The notes under the pieces are model-generated. The model worked only from the letters and a program-made list of their open reading frames with translations. It did not search any database and was not told the origin of the DNA. Below, one piece after another: positions 37,708 to 46,469 of a DNA stretch of 64,000 nt; position 1 is the first letter of the stretch, and the number at the start of each line of letters is the position of its first letter. The translations under genes and the position numbers were made by a program. The DNA is taken from contig CAVXKA010000001.1 in NCBI GenBank assembly GCA_963762255.1, forward strand, positions 960,001-1,024,000, read 5' to 3'. Origin of the DNA: Candidatus Eiseniibacteriota bacterium (GTDB taxonomy: Bacteria > Eisenbacteria > RBG-16-71-46 > JABDJR01).

Positions 37708-40155
37708 ATGCTCAAACACCATGATTCTGCACCGTCCATCCTGGGGAAGTCCCCCGCGCGCCGTCTGGCCCTCCTGACCCTGGTCCTCCTGGCCGTTCCG
37801 ACGCTCGCTTTCGCCCAGGGATACCGCATCTTCGGCGACAGCTCCGATCCGACCTATTACGATACGAGCTGGGGGTTTAGGACCCTGCCCAGCGTGGTGG
37901 AGCTGGCGCACACGGACAAGTTCCCGGTGGACGCCACCGCGCCTTTCCTGGGCTCAAATGCGCTTCGCCTGAAGTGGACTTCCTACGCCACCGGAGACTG
38001 GGCGCTGGCGGTGGCCAACCCGGGCTGGGCCCCGGTGAGCCTCGATCCCTATGACTCCCTCATCTTCTGGATGCGCGCGCCGAGCGCCGTACCTCTGACC
38101 GAGCTCCCCCTGATCTTCCTGGAGGACACCAGCAGCCGGAAGACAGCCAAAGCTGCGCTCTCCACCTATGTGACGAGCCTTCCCGTCGGCACCTGGGTAC
38201 GCGTGGTCGTGCCCCTACAGTTCTTCCGCGACAATCCCGGCACCGCTAACCTGGACGCGATCAAGACCCTCTTCTTCGGGAAGAATCCCGCGGGGGTGAG
38301 CGGCACGAGTCGCACGCTCCTGCTCGACGAGTTTCGCTACGCCGCCGCCGACACCGTTCCTCCGCCGCCCCCGTCGGGTCTGATCGCGCACGGCTGGGGC
38401 CTGCACGTGGACATCGCCTGGGATGTTCCCCCCGACCCGGACATCGAGTCGGTGTGGATCGACCGGCGCGAGGCGGGAATCTGGCAGCACATCGGCGCGG
38501 CATCCGCCGAGGACGGCGCGTTCGTGGACTGGCGCGGCGCGGTCGGCATCACCGGAGAGTACCGGGTGACCGCCACCGACTTCAGCTTCAACACCACGAT
38601 CGGGGATTCGGTGACCGCGACCACCAGCCCCATGGACGACCAGGATCGCCTCGACATGGTCCAGGAGGCGTCCTTCCGCTACTTCTGGAACCACGCGCAT
38701 CCGGTTTCGGGGCTCACCCGTGAAGTGCTCAACGGCGGCGACGTGTGCGCCACCGGCGGCACCGGGTTCGGGATCATGGCTGCGATCGCCGCGGCGGAGC
38801 GTGGGTTCGTCGCGCGCGCCGACGTGGTGGACCGACTGCTCACCATCACCGGTTTTTTGAGCACGCAGGTGCCCCCGTTCCACGGCGCGTTTCCACACTG
38901 GATCAACGGCTCGACCGGCGCCCCCGTTCCCTTCACCGGGCCTACCGACGACTCCCGCGATCTCGTGGAGACGTCGTACCTGATGGAAGGCCTGCTGGCC
39001 GCCCGTGTCTACTTCGACGGCGCAGACCCCGACGAGACGCTGCTGCGCTCCCGCTGCACCGCGCTGTGGGAAGGGGTGGAGTGGGACGCCTTCCGACCCG
39101 TCGGCACCAACGTCCTGTACTGGCACCTGTCCCCCACAACGGGATTCACCAACAGCATCGAGCTGCGGGGTTGGCACGAGGCGATGATCACGTACCTGCT
39201 CGCGATCGCTTCGCCGACCCACCCCGTGCCGGCCAGTCTCTACCACGACGGCTGGGCAAGCGGCGGAGGCATGGTGAACGGCGGGACCTTCCTGGGCTAC
39301 ACGTTGGCGGTTGGCCCCGACTGGGGTGGATCGCTCTTCTTCGCTCACTACAGCTTTCTGGGATTCGATCCCCGCGGCCGACGTGACGTCTACGCGGACT
39401 ACTTTCTCCACAACCGTGCTCACACGTTGGTGAACCGCGCCTACTGCATCCTTAACCCAGGCGGGTACACGGGCTATGGGCCCAACTGCTGGGGGTTGAC
39501 CGCCAGCTCGAATCCCTGGGGCTACGCCGCGCACGCTCCCTACTCCAACGACAACGGGACCATCACCCCCACCGCGGCGCTCTCATCCATGCCCTACACC
39601 CCGGTGGAATCGCGACTCGCGCTCCAGCACTTCTACGAGGTCTACGGGGACCGTCTCTGGACCGCGTTCGGATTCCGCGACGCGTTCCACCCCGGACTGA
39701 ACTGGTTCTCCTCCACCATCATCGCGATCGATCAACTTCCCATCGTGGGCATGATCGAGAACGCCCGAAGCGGCCTCTTGTGGGACTCCTTCATGGCGAA
39801 CGCCGAGATCCAGCCGGCGCTGACCGCGATCGGATTCGTGTCCTCGACGACGGCGGTGGAGCCTGAGCCCCTGGCGCTTCAGGCCCCCCTGCGCGTGAGC
39901 GGCGCCAACCCGTCCCGCGCCGGGCTCGAGGCCGGGTTCGCTCTCGACCGCGCCGCGCACGTGGAGTTGAGCGTGTTCGACGTTCAGGGGCGACGTGTGG
40001 CCGTCCTGCTCGACGAGGAACTGGGCGCGGGTGCCCATCGCGCGCGCTGGGACGGGGGGACCTCCGCCGGCAGGAGCGCCGCCGCCGGTGTCTACATGGT
40101 CAGGCTGCGCGCGGGGGAGCGCACCGAGAGCGTGCGGGTCGTCCGGCTGCCGTAA
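37708..40155 (+). CDS. Secreted glucoamylase-like (DUF3131 / GH144 beta-1,2-glucanase-like) enzyme with an N-terminal CBM-like domain and FlgD/T9SS-like tail
   Basis: FRYFWNHAHPVSGL, GGTGFGIMA, HGAFPHW, DLVETSYL, GWHEAMITYLLA, LFFAHYSFLGFDP, WGLTAS, IDQLPIVGMIENARSGLLW. Confidence 0.85.
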   Translation: MLKHHDSAPSILGKSPARRLALLTLVLLAVPTLAFAQGYRIFGDSSDPTYYDTSWGFRTLPSVVELAHTDKFPVDATAPFLGSNALRLKWTSYATGDWALAVANPGWAPVSLDPYDSLIFWMRAPSAVPLTELPLIFLEDTSSRKTAKAALSTYVTSLPVGTWVRVVVPLQFFRDNPGTANLDAIKTLFFGKNPAGVSGTSRTLLLDEFRYAAADTVPPPPPSGLIAHGWGLHVDIAWDVPPDPDIESVWIDRREAGIWQHIGAASAEDGAFVDWRGAVGITGEYRVTATDFSFNTTIGDSVTATTSPMDDQDRLDMVQEASFRYFWNHAHPVSGLTREVLNGGDVCATGGTGFGIMAAIAAAERGFVARADVVDRLLTITGFLSTQVPPFHGAFPHWINGSTGAPVPFTGPTDDSRDLVETSYLMEGLLAARVYFDGADPDETLLRSRCTALWEGVEWDAFRPVGTNVLYWHLSPTTGFTNSIELRGWHEAMITYLLAIASPTHPVPASLYHDGWASGGGMVNGGTFLGYTLAVGPDWGGSLFFAHYSFLGFDPRGRRDVYADYFLHNRAHTLVNRAYCILNPGGYTGYGPNCWGLTASSNPWGYAAHAPYSNDNGTITPTAALSSMPYTPVESRLALQHFYEVYGDRLWTAFGFRDAFHPGLNWFSSTIIAIDQLPIVGMIENARSGLLWDSFMANAEIQPALTAIGFVSSTTAVEPEPLALQAPLRVSGANPSRAGLEAGFALDRAAHVELSVFDVQGRRVAVLLDEELGAGAHRARWDGGTSAGRSAAAGVYMVRLRAGERTESVRVVRLP

Positions 40156-40233
40156 GCGGCCGAATTGGTCTATGTGCGGTCCATGAAATGGCTGTAAATC
40201 TAGCTTGATTCGTCCGTAGACCCACAGATAGAA

Positions 40234-40277
40234 TGTTGATTGGCTGAATTGGATCACTGAAATAGGGCCAATCAACA
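40234..40277. promoter_or_regulatory. MocR/PdxR-type operator (direct plus inverted repeats)
   Basis: TGTTGATTGGC-N22-GCCAATCAACA perfect 11-bp inverted repeat with a further ATTGG direct copy inside; another AATTGGTC at about 40163. Confidence 0.65.
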
Positions 40278-40279
40278 AC

Positions 40280-41797
40280 ATGCTCCAGCTCGACCGTACC
40301 GCGCCAGGATCCCTCGTGGAGAATCTCAAGAACGAGATTCTTCGCCGCGTCCGTCTTGGGCTTCTTCGCCCCGGCGATCGGCTGCCTCCGACCCGCCGGC
40401 TCGCCGGCGAACTCGGCGTGCATCGCGGAACCGTGACCGCGGCCTATGAAGCGCTGCGCGAGGAGGGTGTCCTTGCGGGCCATGTTGGCCGAGGGACCTT
40501 TGTCACGACCGGTCTCGCGTTGGCGGAGCTTGGACCCGCCCGGCGGGAAGACGGCGAGTTCCGCTGGTTGGACCACTTCGCGGGGTTCGATCCTCCGGTC
40601 GAAGACGGCACCGTGAACGAGGCCGCGATCATCGCCGCCGATCGTGAGGTCATCTCTTTCGCCGGGGGCGTACCCGACCCGGCCCTCTTTCCTACCGAGT
40701 CCTTCCGCGAGGCGATCAACGATGTCCTTCGCGAGGAGGGAAGCGCGCTGCTCGGCTACGGTCCGCCGGAAGGACATGCCTCCTTCGTGCGTTTTCTGCG
40801 CGGCTATCTGGGAGAACGGGGTGGGTTGACCGTTGGGGACGACGAGGTCCTGGTCGTCAACGGTTCGCAGCAGGCGCTCGATCTGATCGCGCGCACCTTC
40901 TTGCGTCCCGGCGACACGGTGCTCGTCGAGGAGCCCAGCTACTACGGTGCTCTGGATCTCTTCCGCGGTTACGGCGCGCGTCTCGTGGGGGTTCCGGTGG
41001 ACACCGACGGTCTCCGGGTGGATGCGCTCGAGACGATTCTCGCCCGCGAGCGCCCAAAGCTCGTCTACGTGATGCCCACCTTCCAGAACCCGACCGGGGG
41101 CTGTATGTCGGCCGCGCGGCGCCAGACGATGGTGCGGCTGAGCGCGCGCTACGAAGTGCCGGTGGTGGAGGACGATTTCGACGGCGAGCTCTATTACGGC
41201 GAGCCGCCGCCGCCGCCCCTCAAGAGCCTGCCCGATAGCCAGGGGGTGCTCTACATCGGAACCCCGAGCAAGATGCTCTTTCCGGGGTTGCGCATCGGAT
41301 GGATCGTGGCGGCGGAGCCTGTGGTGAGACGCATCTCCCGCATCCGCCGCATGGCGGACCTGTCGGGCTCGTCGCTTCTCCAGGCCGCGCTCGCACGATT
41401 CGCGGGGACGGGTGCTCTGAACCGGCACACGCAGCTCGTGCGGGAAGCGTATGGAGCGCGCGTGCAGAGGCTTCTCGACGCGCTCGACCGTCACATGCCG
41501 TCGGGAGTGAGCTGGACCCGCCCGCAGGGAGGACTCTCCCTCCTCGTGAGCTTGCCCGAGGAGACGGACTCAGGGGCGCTGCTCCCCGAGGCCGCGCGCG
41601 CCGGCGTGCTCTATTCGCCGGGGCGACTGTTTTTCGTGAACGGCGGCGCCAACCACCTGCGCCTCTCGTTCGGGAACGTGGCGACCGACCAGGTGGAAGA
41701 GGGCGCGAAGCGCCTCGGTGCGGTTCTGCGCCGCGAACTTGCTCGCGAGACGAAGCCGCCGCGCCGAGCGCGCGGAATGGCGATGCCGCCGGTGTGA
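40280..41797 (+). CDS. GntR/MocR-family regulator (wHTH plus PLP aminotransferase domain), probable PdxR
   Basis: GDRLPPTRRLAGELGVHRGTVTAAY, PTFQNPTG, EDDFD, GTPSKMLFPGLRIGW; directly upstream of pdxST. Confidence 0.9.
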   Translation: MLQLDRTAPGSLVENLKNEILRRVRLGLLRPGDRLPPTRRLAGELGVHRGTVTAAYEALREEGVLAGHVGRGTFVTTGLALAELGPARREDGEFRWLDHFAGFDPPVEDGTVNEAAIIAADREVISFAGGVPDPALFPTESFREAINDVLREEGSALLGYGPPEGHASFVRFLRGYLGERGGLTVGDDEVLVVNGSQQALDLIARTFLRPGDTVLVEEPSYYGALDLFRGYGARLVGVPVDTDGLRVDALETILARERPKLVYVMPTFQNPTGGCMSAARRQTMVRLSARYEVPVVEDDFDGELYYGEPPPPPLKSLPDSQGVLYIGTPSKMLFPGLRIGWIVAAEPVVRRISRIRRMADLSGSSLLQAALARFAGTGALNRHTQLVREAYGARVQRLLDALDRHMPSGVSWTRPQGGLSLLVSLPEETDSGALLPEAARAGVLYSPGRLFFVNGGANHLRLSFGNVATDQVEEGAKRLGAVLRRELARETKPPRRARGMAMPPV

Positions 41798-41848
41798 TCG
41801 ACTCGTCCGCGGCGACACCCCGACGGACGGCTGCGAAGGAGAACAACA

Positions 41849-42733
41849 ATGGACACGACGTACACGCTGCGACTCAAGACCGGTCTCGCCGAGATGCTCA
41901 AGGGCGGGGTCATCATGGACGTGACCAACGCGGATCAGGCCAAGATCGCCGAAGACGGGGGCGCGGTCGCGGTGATGGCGCTTGAGCGCGTTCCCGCCGA
42001 CATCCGCCGCGAAGGGGGCGTGGTGCGCATGGCCGCGGTGGAGAAGATCCGCGAGATCATGGCAACGGTCTCGATCCCGGTCATGGCCAAGTGCCGGATC
42101 GGTCACTTCGCCGAAGCGCAGATGCTGCAGGCGATGGGTGTCGACTACATCGACGAGAGCGAGGTGCTGACCCCCGCCGACGAGCACTTCCATGTCGACA
42201 AGTTCAAGTTCAAGACGCCGTTCGTGTGCGGATGCACGAATCTCCCCGAGGCCCTGCGCCGGATCGGCGAGGGGGCAGCGATGATCCGCTCGAAGGGCGA
42301 GGCCGGCACCGGCGACATCGTGCAGGCGGTGCGCCACCTGCGCGACACCCTGGGCCACATCAAGCGCCTCACCGTCATGCCCGAGGAAGAGCTCATGACG
42401 GAGGCCAAGAACATGGGCGCGCCCTACGAGTTGGTGCGCCTGGTCGCCCGCGACGGCAAGCTCCCCGTCCCGCTCTTCTGCGCGGGCGGGGTGGCCACTC
42501 CCGCCGATGCTTCGCTCGTCATGCAGCTCGGCGCGGAGTCGGTGTTCGTCGGGAGCGGGATCTTCAAATCCGGGAATCCGGCCCAGCGGGCGCGCGCAAT
42601 CGTCGAGGCGACCACGCACTTCCGCGATCCGGAGGTGCTGGTGCGCGTGAGCGAGGGTCTCGGCGAGGCCATGGTCGGCATCAGCGCCTCGCAGCTCTCC
42701 GAGCACGACCTCCTGGAAACGCGCGGGTGGTGA
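41849..42733 (+). CDS. pdxS: PLP synthase lyase subunit
   Basis: [54 protein letters not shown]. Confidence 0.98.
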   Translation: MDTTYTLRLKTGLAEMLKGGVIMDVTNADQAKIAEDGGAVAVMALERVPADIRREGGVVRMAAVEKIREIMATVSIPVMAKCRIGHFAEAQMLQAMGVDYIDESEVLTPADEHFHVDKFKFKTPFVCGCTNLPEALRRIGEGAAMIRSKGEAGTGDIVQAVRHLRDTLGHIKRLTVMPEEELMTEAKNMGAPYELVRLVARDGKLPVPLFCAGGVATPADASLVMQLGAESVFVGSGIFKSGNPAQRARAIVEATTHFRDPEVLVRVSEGLGEAMVGISASQLSEHDLLETRGW

Positions 42734-42735
42734 CG

Positions 42736-43335
42736 ATGCGGATCGTCGGCGTGCTCGCCCTGCAGGGCGATTTCGCGCGCCACCGGACCGCGCTCGAACG
42801 CGCGGGGGCCGAGGTGCGCGAGGTGCGCGTGCCCGAGGACCTGATCGGTCTGGACGGACTGGTCCTCCCCGGCGGCGAGAGCACCGCGATGCTCAAGCTC
42901 ATGGAGCGCACGGGCCTCGAGGGAGCGATCCGCGCGTTCTACGCGGCCGGCGGCGCGCTCTTCGGCACCTGCGCGGGACTGATTCTCCTGGCGCGCTCGG
43001 TGACCGGTCCCGAGCAGCGCTCTCTCGGACTGCTCGACGCCGTGGTGGAGCGCAACGCCTACGGCCGGCAGACCGATTCCTTCGAGACCGACCTTTCCTG
43101 GAGCGAGGACGGCGGCGTGATCCGCGGCGTGTTCATCCGGGCGCCCCGCATCCGCCGGCTGGGACCGGGCGTGCGCGTGTTGGCCGAGCGCGACGGCGAG
43201 CCGGTGCTCGTGCGCAACGGTCGCGTGCTCGCGGCGACGTTCCATCCCGAGCTGACCGACGACACTCGCGTGCACCGTTACTTCGTCGAAGAGATGGCCG
43301 GCGCGCCGCCACCCGCGGAGCAACGAGAGCGGTGA
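42736..43335 (+). CDS. pdxT: PLP synthase glutaminase subunit
   Basis: GVLALQGDF, PGGEST, GTCAGLI, RNAYGRQ, VFIRAP, FHPEL. Confidence 0.97.
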   Translation: MRIVGVLALQGDFARHRTALERAGAEVREVRVPEDLIGLDGLVLPGGESTAMLKLMERTGLEGAIRAFYAAGGALFGTCAGLILLARSVTGPEQRSLGLLDAVVERNAYGRQTDSFETDLSWSEDGGVIRGVFIRAPRIRRLGPGVRVLAERDGEPVLVRNGRVLAATFHPELTDDTRVHRYFVEEMAGAPPPAEQRER

Positions 43336-43787
43336 GAACCACGACGTATCCGTCCAAGCGCGACACCTGGCTCACGGTTCTCATCTGGGTGTCGGCGACG
43401 CTGGTGACGGCCTCAGGCGTCGGAATTCTCCTCACCGACGCCTCGTTGCTCCAGCGCGCGATCTTCTTCCTACTGGGACTCGCCACCGCGGGTCTCATGT
43501 TCTGGATTCTCTACGGGACTTTCTATCGATTGACCGACACGGATCTCATCGTTCGTTCCGGGCCGTTCCGATACACGATTCCGCTCGACGGGATCCGATC
43601 GGTGGCGCCCACCCGCAGTCCGCTCTCGGGGCCCGCCTGCTCCCTGGACCGCCTGCAGGTGGACGCCGCGGGGTCGTCGGTGCTGATATCACCCGCGGCC
43701 AAGCACGCCTTCCTGCGCGATCTCGCCGGCCGTTCCCGCGGGCTCGTCCTCGAGGGGGTCGTGCTGTTGCGGAAGCCGAAACGGTGA
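43332..43787 (+). CDS. Bacterial PH-domain membrane protein (YyaB/DUF1200-like)
   Basis: YPSKRDTW, two TM helices, LIVRSGPF, PLSGPACSLDRL, ISPA. Confidence 0.8.
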   Translation: MRTTTYPSKRDTWLTVLIWVSATLVTASGVGILLTDASLLQRAIFFLLGLATAGLMFWILYGTFYRLTDTDLIVRSGPFRYTIPLDGIRSVAPTRSPLSGPACSLDRLQVDAAGSSVLISPAAKHAFLRDLAGRSRGLVLEGVVLLRKPKR

Positions 43788-44725
43788 GTGGATCGGCCTG
43801 CATGCGAATCGGCGTGGACCTGGGCGGGACCAAGATCGAGGCGGCGGCATTCGACGAGTGCGGCGCGGAACGATACCGCCGCAGGGTCGCCACGCCCCGC
43901 GACGACTACGCAGGGACTCTGGACGCGATCACCGTGCTCGTGGAGGAGGCGGAGCGTGTGGCCGGTCGGCGCGGCACAGTGGGGGTGGGCACACCCGGGG
44001 CCATCTCGCCGGCGAGCGGCCTCCTCAAGAACGCCAACTCGGTGTGGCTGAATGGACGCCCGCTGCTTCGCGATCTCGAAGCGCGGCTTGCGCGGCCGGT
44101 CCGCCTTGCGAACGACGCGAACTGCTTCGCGCTCAGCGAGGCGCAGGACGGCGCCGGCGTCGGCGCGCGGGTCGTATTCGGCGTGATCGTGGGCACCGGA
44201 ACCGGTGGGGGCGTCGTGGTGGAAGGCAAGGTTCTCACCGGCCTCAACGCGGTGGCGGGCGAGTGGGGACACAACCCGCTTCCCTGGCCGCACGACGGCG
44301 AGTGGCCCGGACCCCGTTGCTACTGCGGCCGCACCGGCTGCGTGGAGACGTTTCTCTCCGGACCGGGCATGCTGCGGGACCACGAGGAGCGCACCGGACA
44401 GGCGATCGTCCCCGCGGAGATCGCCCGGGCCGCGGGTCTCGGGGACGCCCGGGCGCGGGTGAGCCTCGACCGTTACGCGGACCGGATGGCCCGCGCGCTG
44501 GCCTCGGTGATCAACCTCCTCGATCCCGATGTCATTGTATTGGGCGGCGGGATGTCCAACCTCGGCGCTCTCTACGACGAGGTTCCCCGACGGTGGGGCG
44601 CGTATGTGTTCTCGGATCGCGTCGACACGCCGTTGCGGCGGCCGGTGCACGGCGACTCGGGCGGCGTGCGCGGCGCGGCGTGGTTGTGGTCGCTCGACGA
44701 GGCGGCGGGTCGGGAAGACACGTGA
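43784..44725 (+). CDS. ROK family sugar kinase (Mak/fructokinase-like)
   Basis: GVDLGGTKIE, ANDANCFALSEA, GTGTGGG, GEWGH, CYCGRTGCVE, HGDSGGVRGAAWLW. Confidence 0.92.
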   Translation: MSGSACMRIGVDLGGTKIEAAAFDECGAERYRRRVATPRDDYAGTLDAITVLVEEAERVAGRRGTVGVGTPGAISPASGLLKNANSVWLNGRPLLRDLEARLARPVRLANDANCFALSEAQDGAGVGARVVFGVIVGTGTGGGVVVEGKVLTGLNAVAGEWGHNPLPWPHDGEWPGPRCYCGRTGCVETFLSGPGMLRDHEERTGQAIVPAEIARAAGLGDARARVSLDRYADRMARALASVINLLDPDVIVLGGGMSNLGALYDEVPRRWGAYVFSDRVDTPLRRPVHGDSGGVRGAAWLWSLDEAAGREDT

Positions 44726-45648
44726 GCGCCCGGCCGGAGCGCGAGGCTCTGATCTCGACCGCCCACGGCACACACGCCGGCGCCTTCGGCCCCACCGAGT
44801 GGGCGCTGCTCGCCGCCGTGGGCGGGATATGGGGCTCCTCCTTCGTCTTCATCGCGGTCGGGCTCGAGACCTTCAAGCCTGAACTCATCACACTCTTGAG
44901 AGTCGTACTCGGCACCGCCACGCTGGCCCTCGTGCCGCGTGCGCGCCGACCGGTGGCGCGCCAGGATTGGGGGCGAATCGCGATCCTGGGCGCCGTATGG
45001 ATGGCCATTCCCCTCACCCTCTATCCGATCGCGCAGCAGTGGATCGACTCGTCTCTGGCAGGGATGATCAACGGTTCTGTTCCGCTCTTCGCCGCGATGG
45101 CGGCAGCGATCCTTCTACGCCGGCTACCCGGCCGAATCCAGATGTGGGGTCTCGGGCTCGGCTTCCTCGGCGTCCTCGCGGTGACGTGGCCGGCGGCGCA
45201 GGGGGCACGCGCGACCGCGATGGGGGCGGGGCTCGGGATCGCGGCCTGCGTCTGCTACGGCATCTCCGCGAACCTCGCGGTGCCGCTGCAGCAGCGCTAC
45301 GGCGCCCTTCCAGTCTTGCTGCGTGCCCAACTCGTGGCGGTCGTGTTGTGTCTGCCGCTCGGGATTCCCGCGCTGCGCGCCTCGCACTGGGCGTGGCAAG
45401 GCGCGGCGGCGATGCTCGTCCTCGGTGTTTTCGGTACGGGATGGGCGTACGTGGCCATGGGCACGCTGGTCGGGCGAGCGGGAGCCACGCGGGGCGCGGT
45501 GGCCGTCTACTTCATCCCGGTGGTGGCGATCGTGCTCGGCGTGGTCTTCCGCGGCGAGCGCATCGCGCCGATCTCGATCGTGGGCACCGGGCTCGTTCTC
45601 CTGGGCGCCGCCTTCTCCAGCCGCCGCGAGGTTCGCGTCAACCGCTGA
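44722..45648 (+). CDS. DMT/EamA family transporter
   Basis: IWGSSF, two 5-TM repeats, YFIPVVAIVLGVVFRGE; GTGA overlap. Confidence 0.88.
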   Translation: MSARPEREALISTAHGTHAGAFGPTEWALLAAVGGIWGSSFVFIAVGLETFKPELITLLRVVLGTATLALVPRARRPVARQDWGRIAILGAVWMAIPLTLYPIAQQWIDSSLAGMINGSVPLFAAMAAAILLRRLPGRIQMWGLGLGFLGVLAVTWPAAQGARATAMGAGLGIAACVCYGISANLAVPLQQRYGALPVLLRAQLVAVVLCLPLGIPALRASHWAWQGAAAMLVLGVFGTGWAYVAMGTLVGRAGATRGAVAVYFIPVVAIVLGVVFRGERIAPISIVGTGLVLLGAAFSSRREVRVNR

Positions 45649-46444
45649 CGAGTTCTCCACGCAGCATGGTGACCGCCTGGCCGCCCAGGGTCACGCGGTC
45701 GCCCCGCACTTCGACCCGCACGATGCCGCCCCGGGTGGAGCACTGGAATCCGACGAGTGAGGTCCTTCCAAGGCGCTCCGCCCAGTGAGGTCCTAACGCG
45801 CAGTGCGCGGAGCCGGTCACCGGATCCTCGTCCACGCCCGACCCCGGCGCGAAGAACCTGGAGACGAAATCGTACGAGGGAGCTTCGGCGCGGGATTGAG
45901 CGACGGCGGTCACGATGACGCCGCGCCGGCCGAGGGTGGCCAGACGACGCATGTCGGGCCGTAGCCCGCGCACGATCGCCTCGTCTTCCACCTCCACGAA
46001 GATGTCGAATTTCGTTCTGCCGATGTAGCTGGGTGTCGCGCCGAGCGCGCTCGACAATCCATCCGGTTCGGCGGCGGGGGAATCCGGAGTGGAGGGGAAG
46101 TCCATCTCGATCCCGTTGCCGCGTCGCGCCGCGGTGAGGAGCCCGCTACGGGTGTGGAAGCGAGCCTCGTCTCCCTCAGCCAGAAAACTCTCTTCCCAGA
46201 GCACGTGCGCACTGGCCAGGGTGGCGTGGCCGCACAGGTCGACCTCCGTGGTGGGCGTGAACCAGCGCAGCGACCATCCATCCTCGCGGCGCACGAGGAA
46301 CGCCGTCTCCGAGAGGTTCATCTCCCTTGCCACGTGTTGCATCCATGCCGGTTCTCGCTCCTCGGGGAGTACGCATACGGCTGCGGGGTTTCCCGCGAAC
46401 GGGCGGTCGGTGAAGGCGTCCACGACGGTGATGTGCTGTCCCAT
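45638..46444 (-). CDS. PhzF family isomerase
   Basis: VDAFTDRPFAGNPAAV, EMNLSETAF, EVDLCGHATLA, EDPVTGSAH. Confidence 0.93.
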   Translation of the reverse strand: MGQHITVVDAFTDRPFAGNPAAVCVLPEEREPAWMQHVAREMNLSETAFLVRREDGWSLRWFTPTTEVDLCGHATLASAHVLWEESFLAEGDEARFHTRSGLLTAARRGNGIEMDFPSTPDSPAAEPDGLSSALGATPSYIGRTKFDIFVEVEDEAIVRGLRPDMRRLATLGRRGVIVTAVAQSRAEAPSYDFVSRFFAPGSGVDEDPVTGSAHCALGPHWAERLGRTSLVGFQCSTRGGIVRVEVRGDRVTLGGQAVTMLRGELVSG

Positions 46445-46469
46445 CAAGCTCTCCTTTGCGCGGTCCGAA

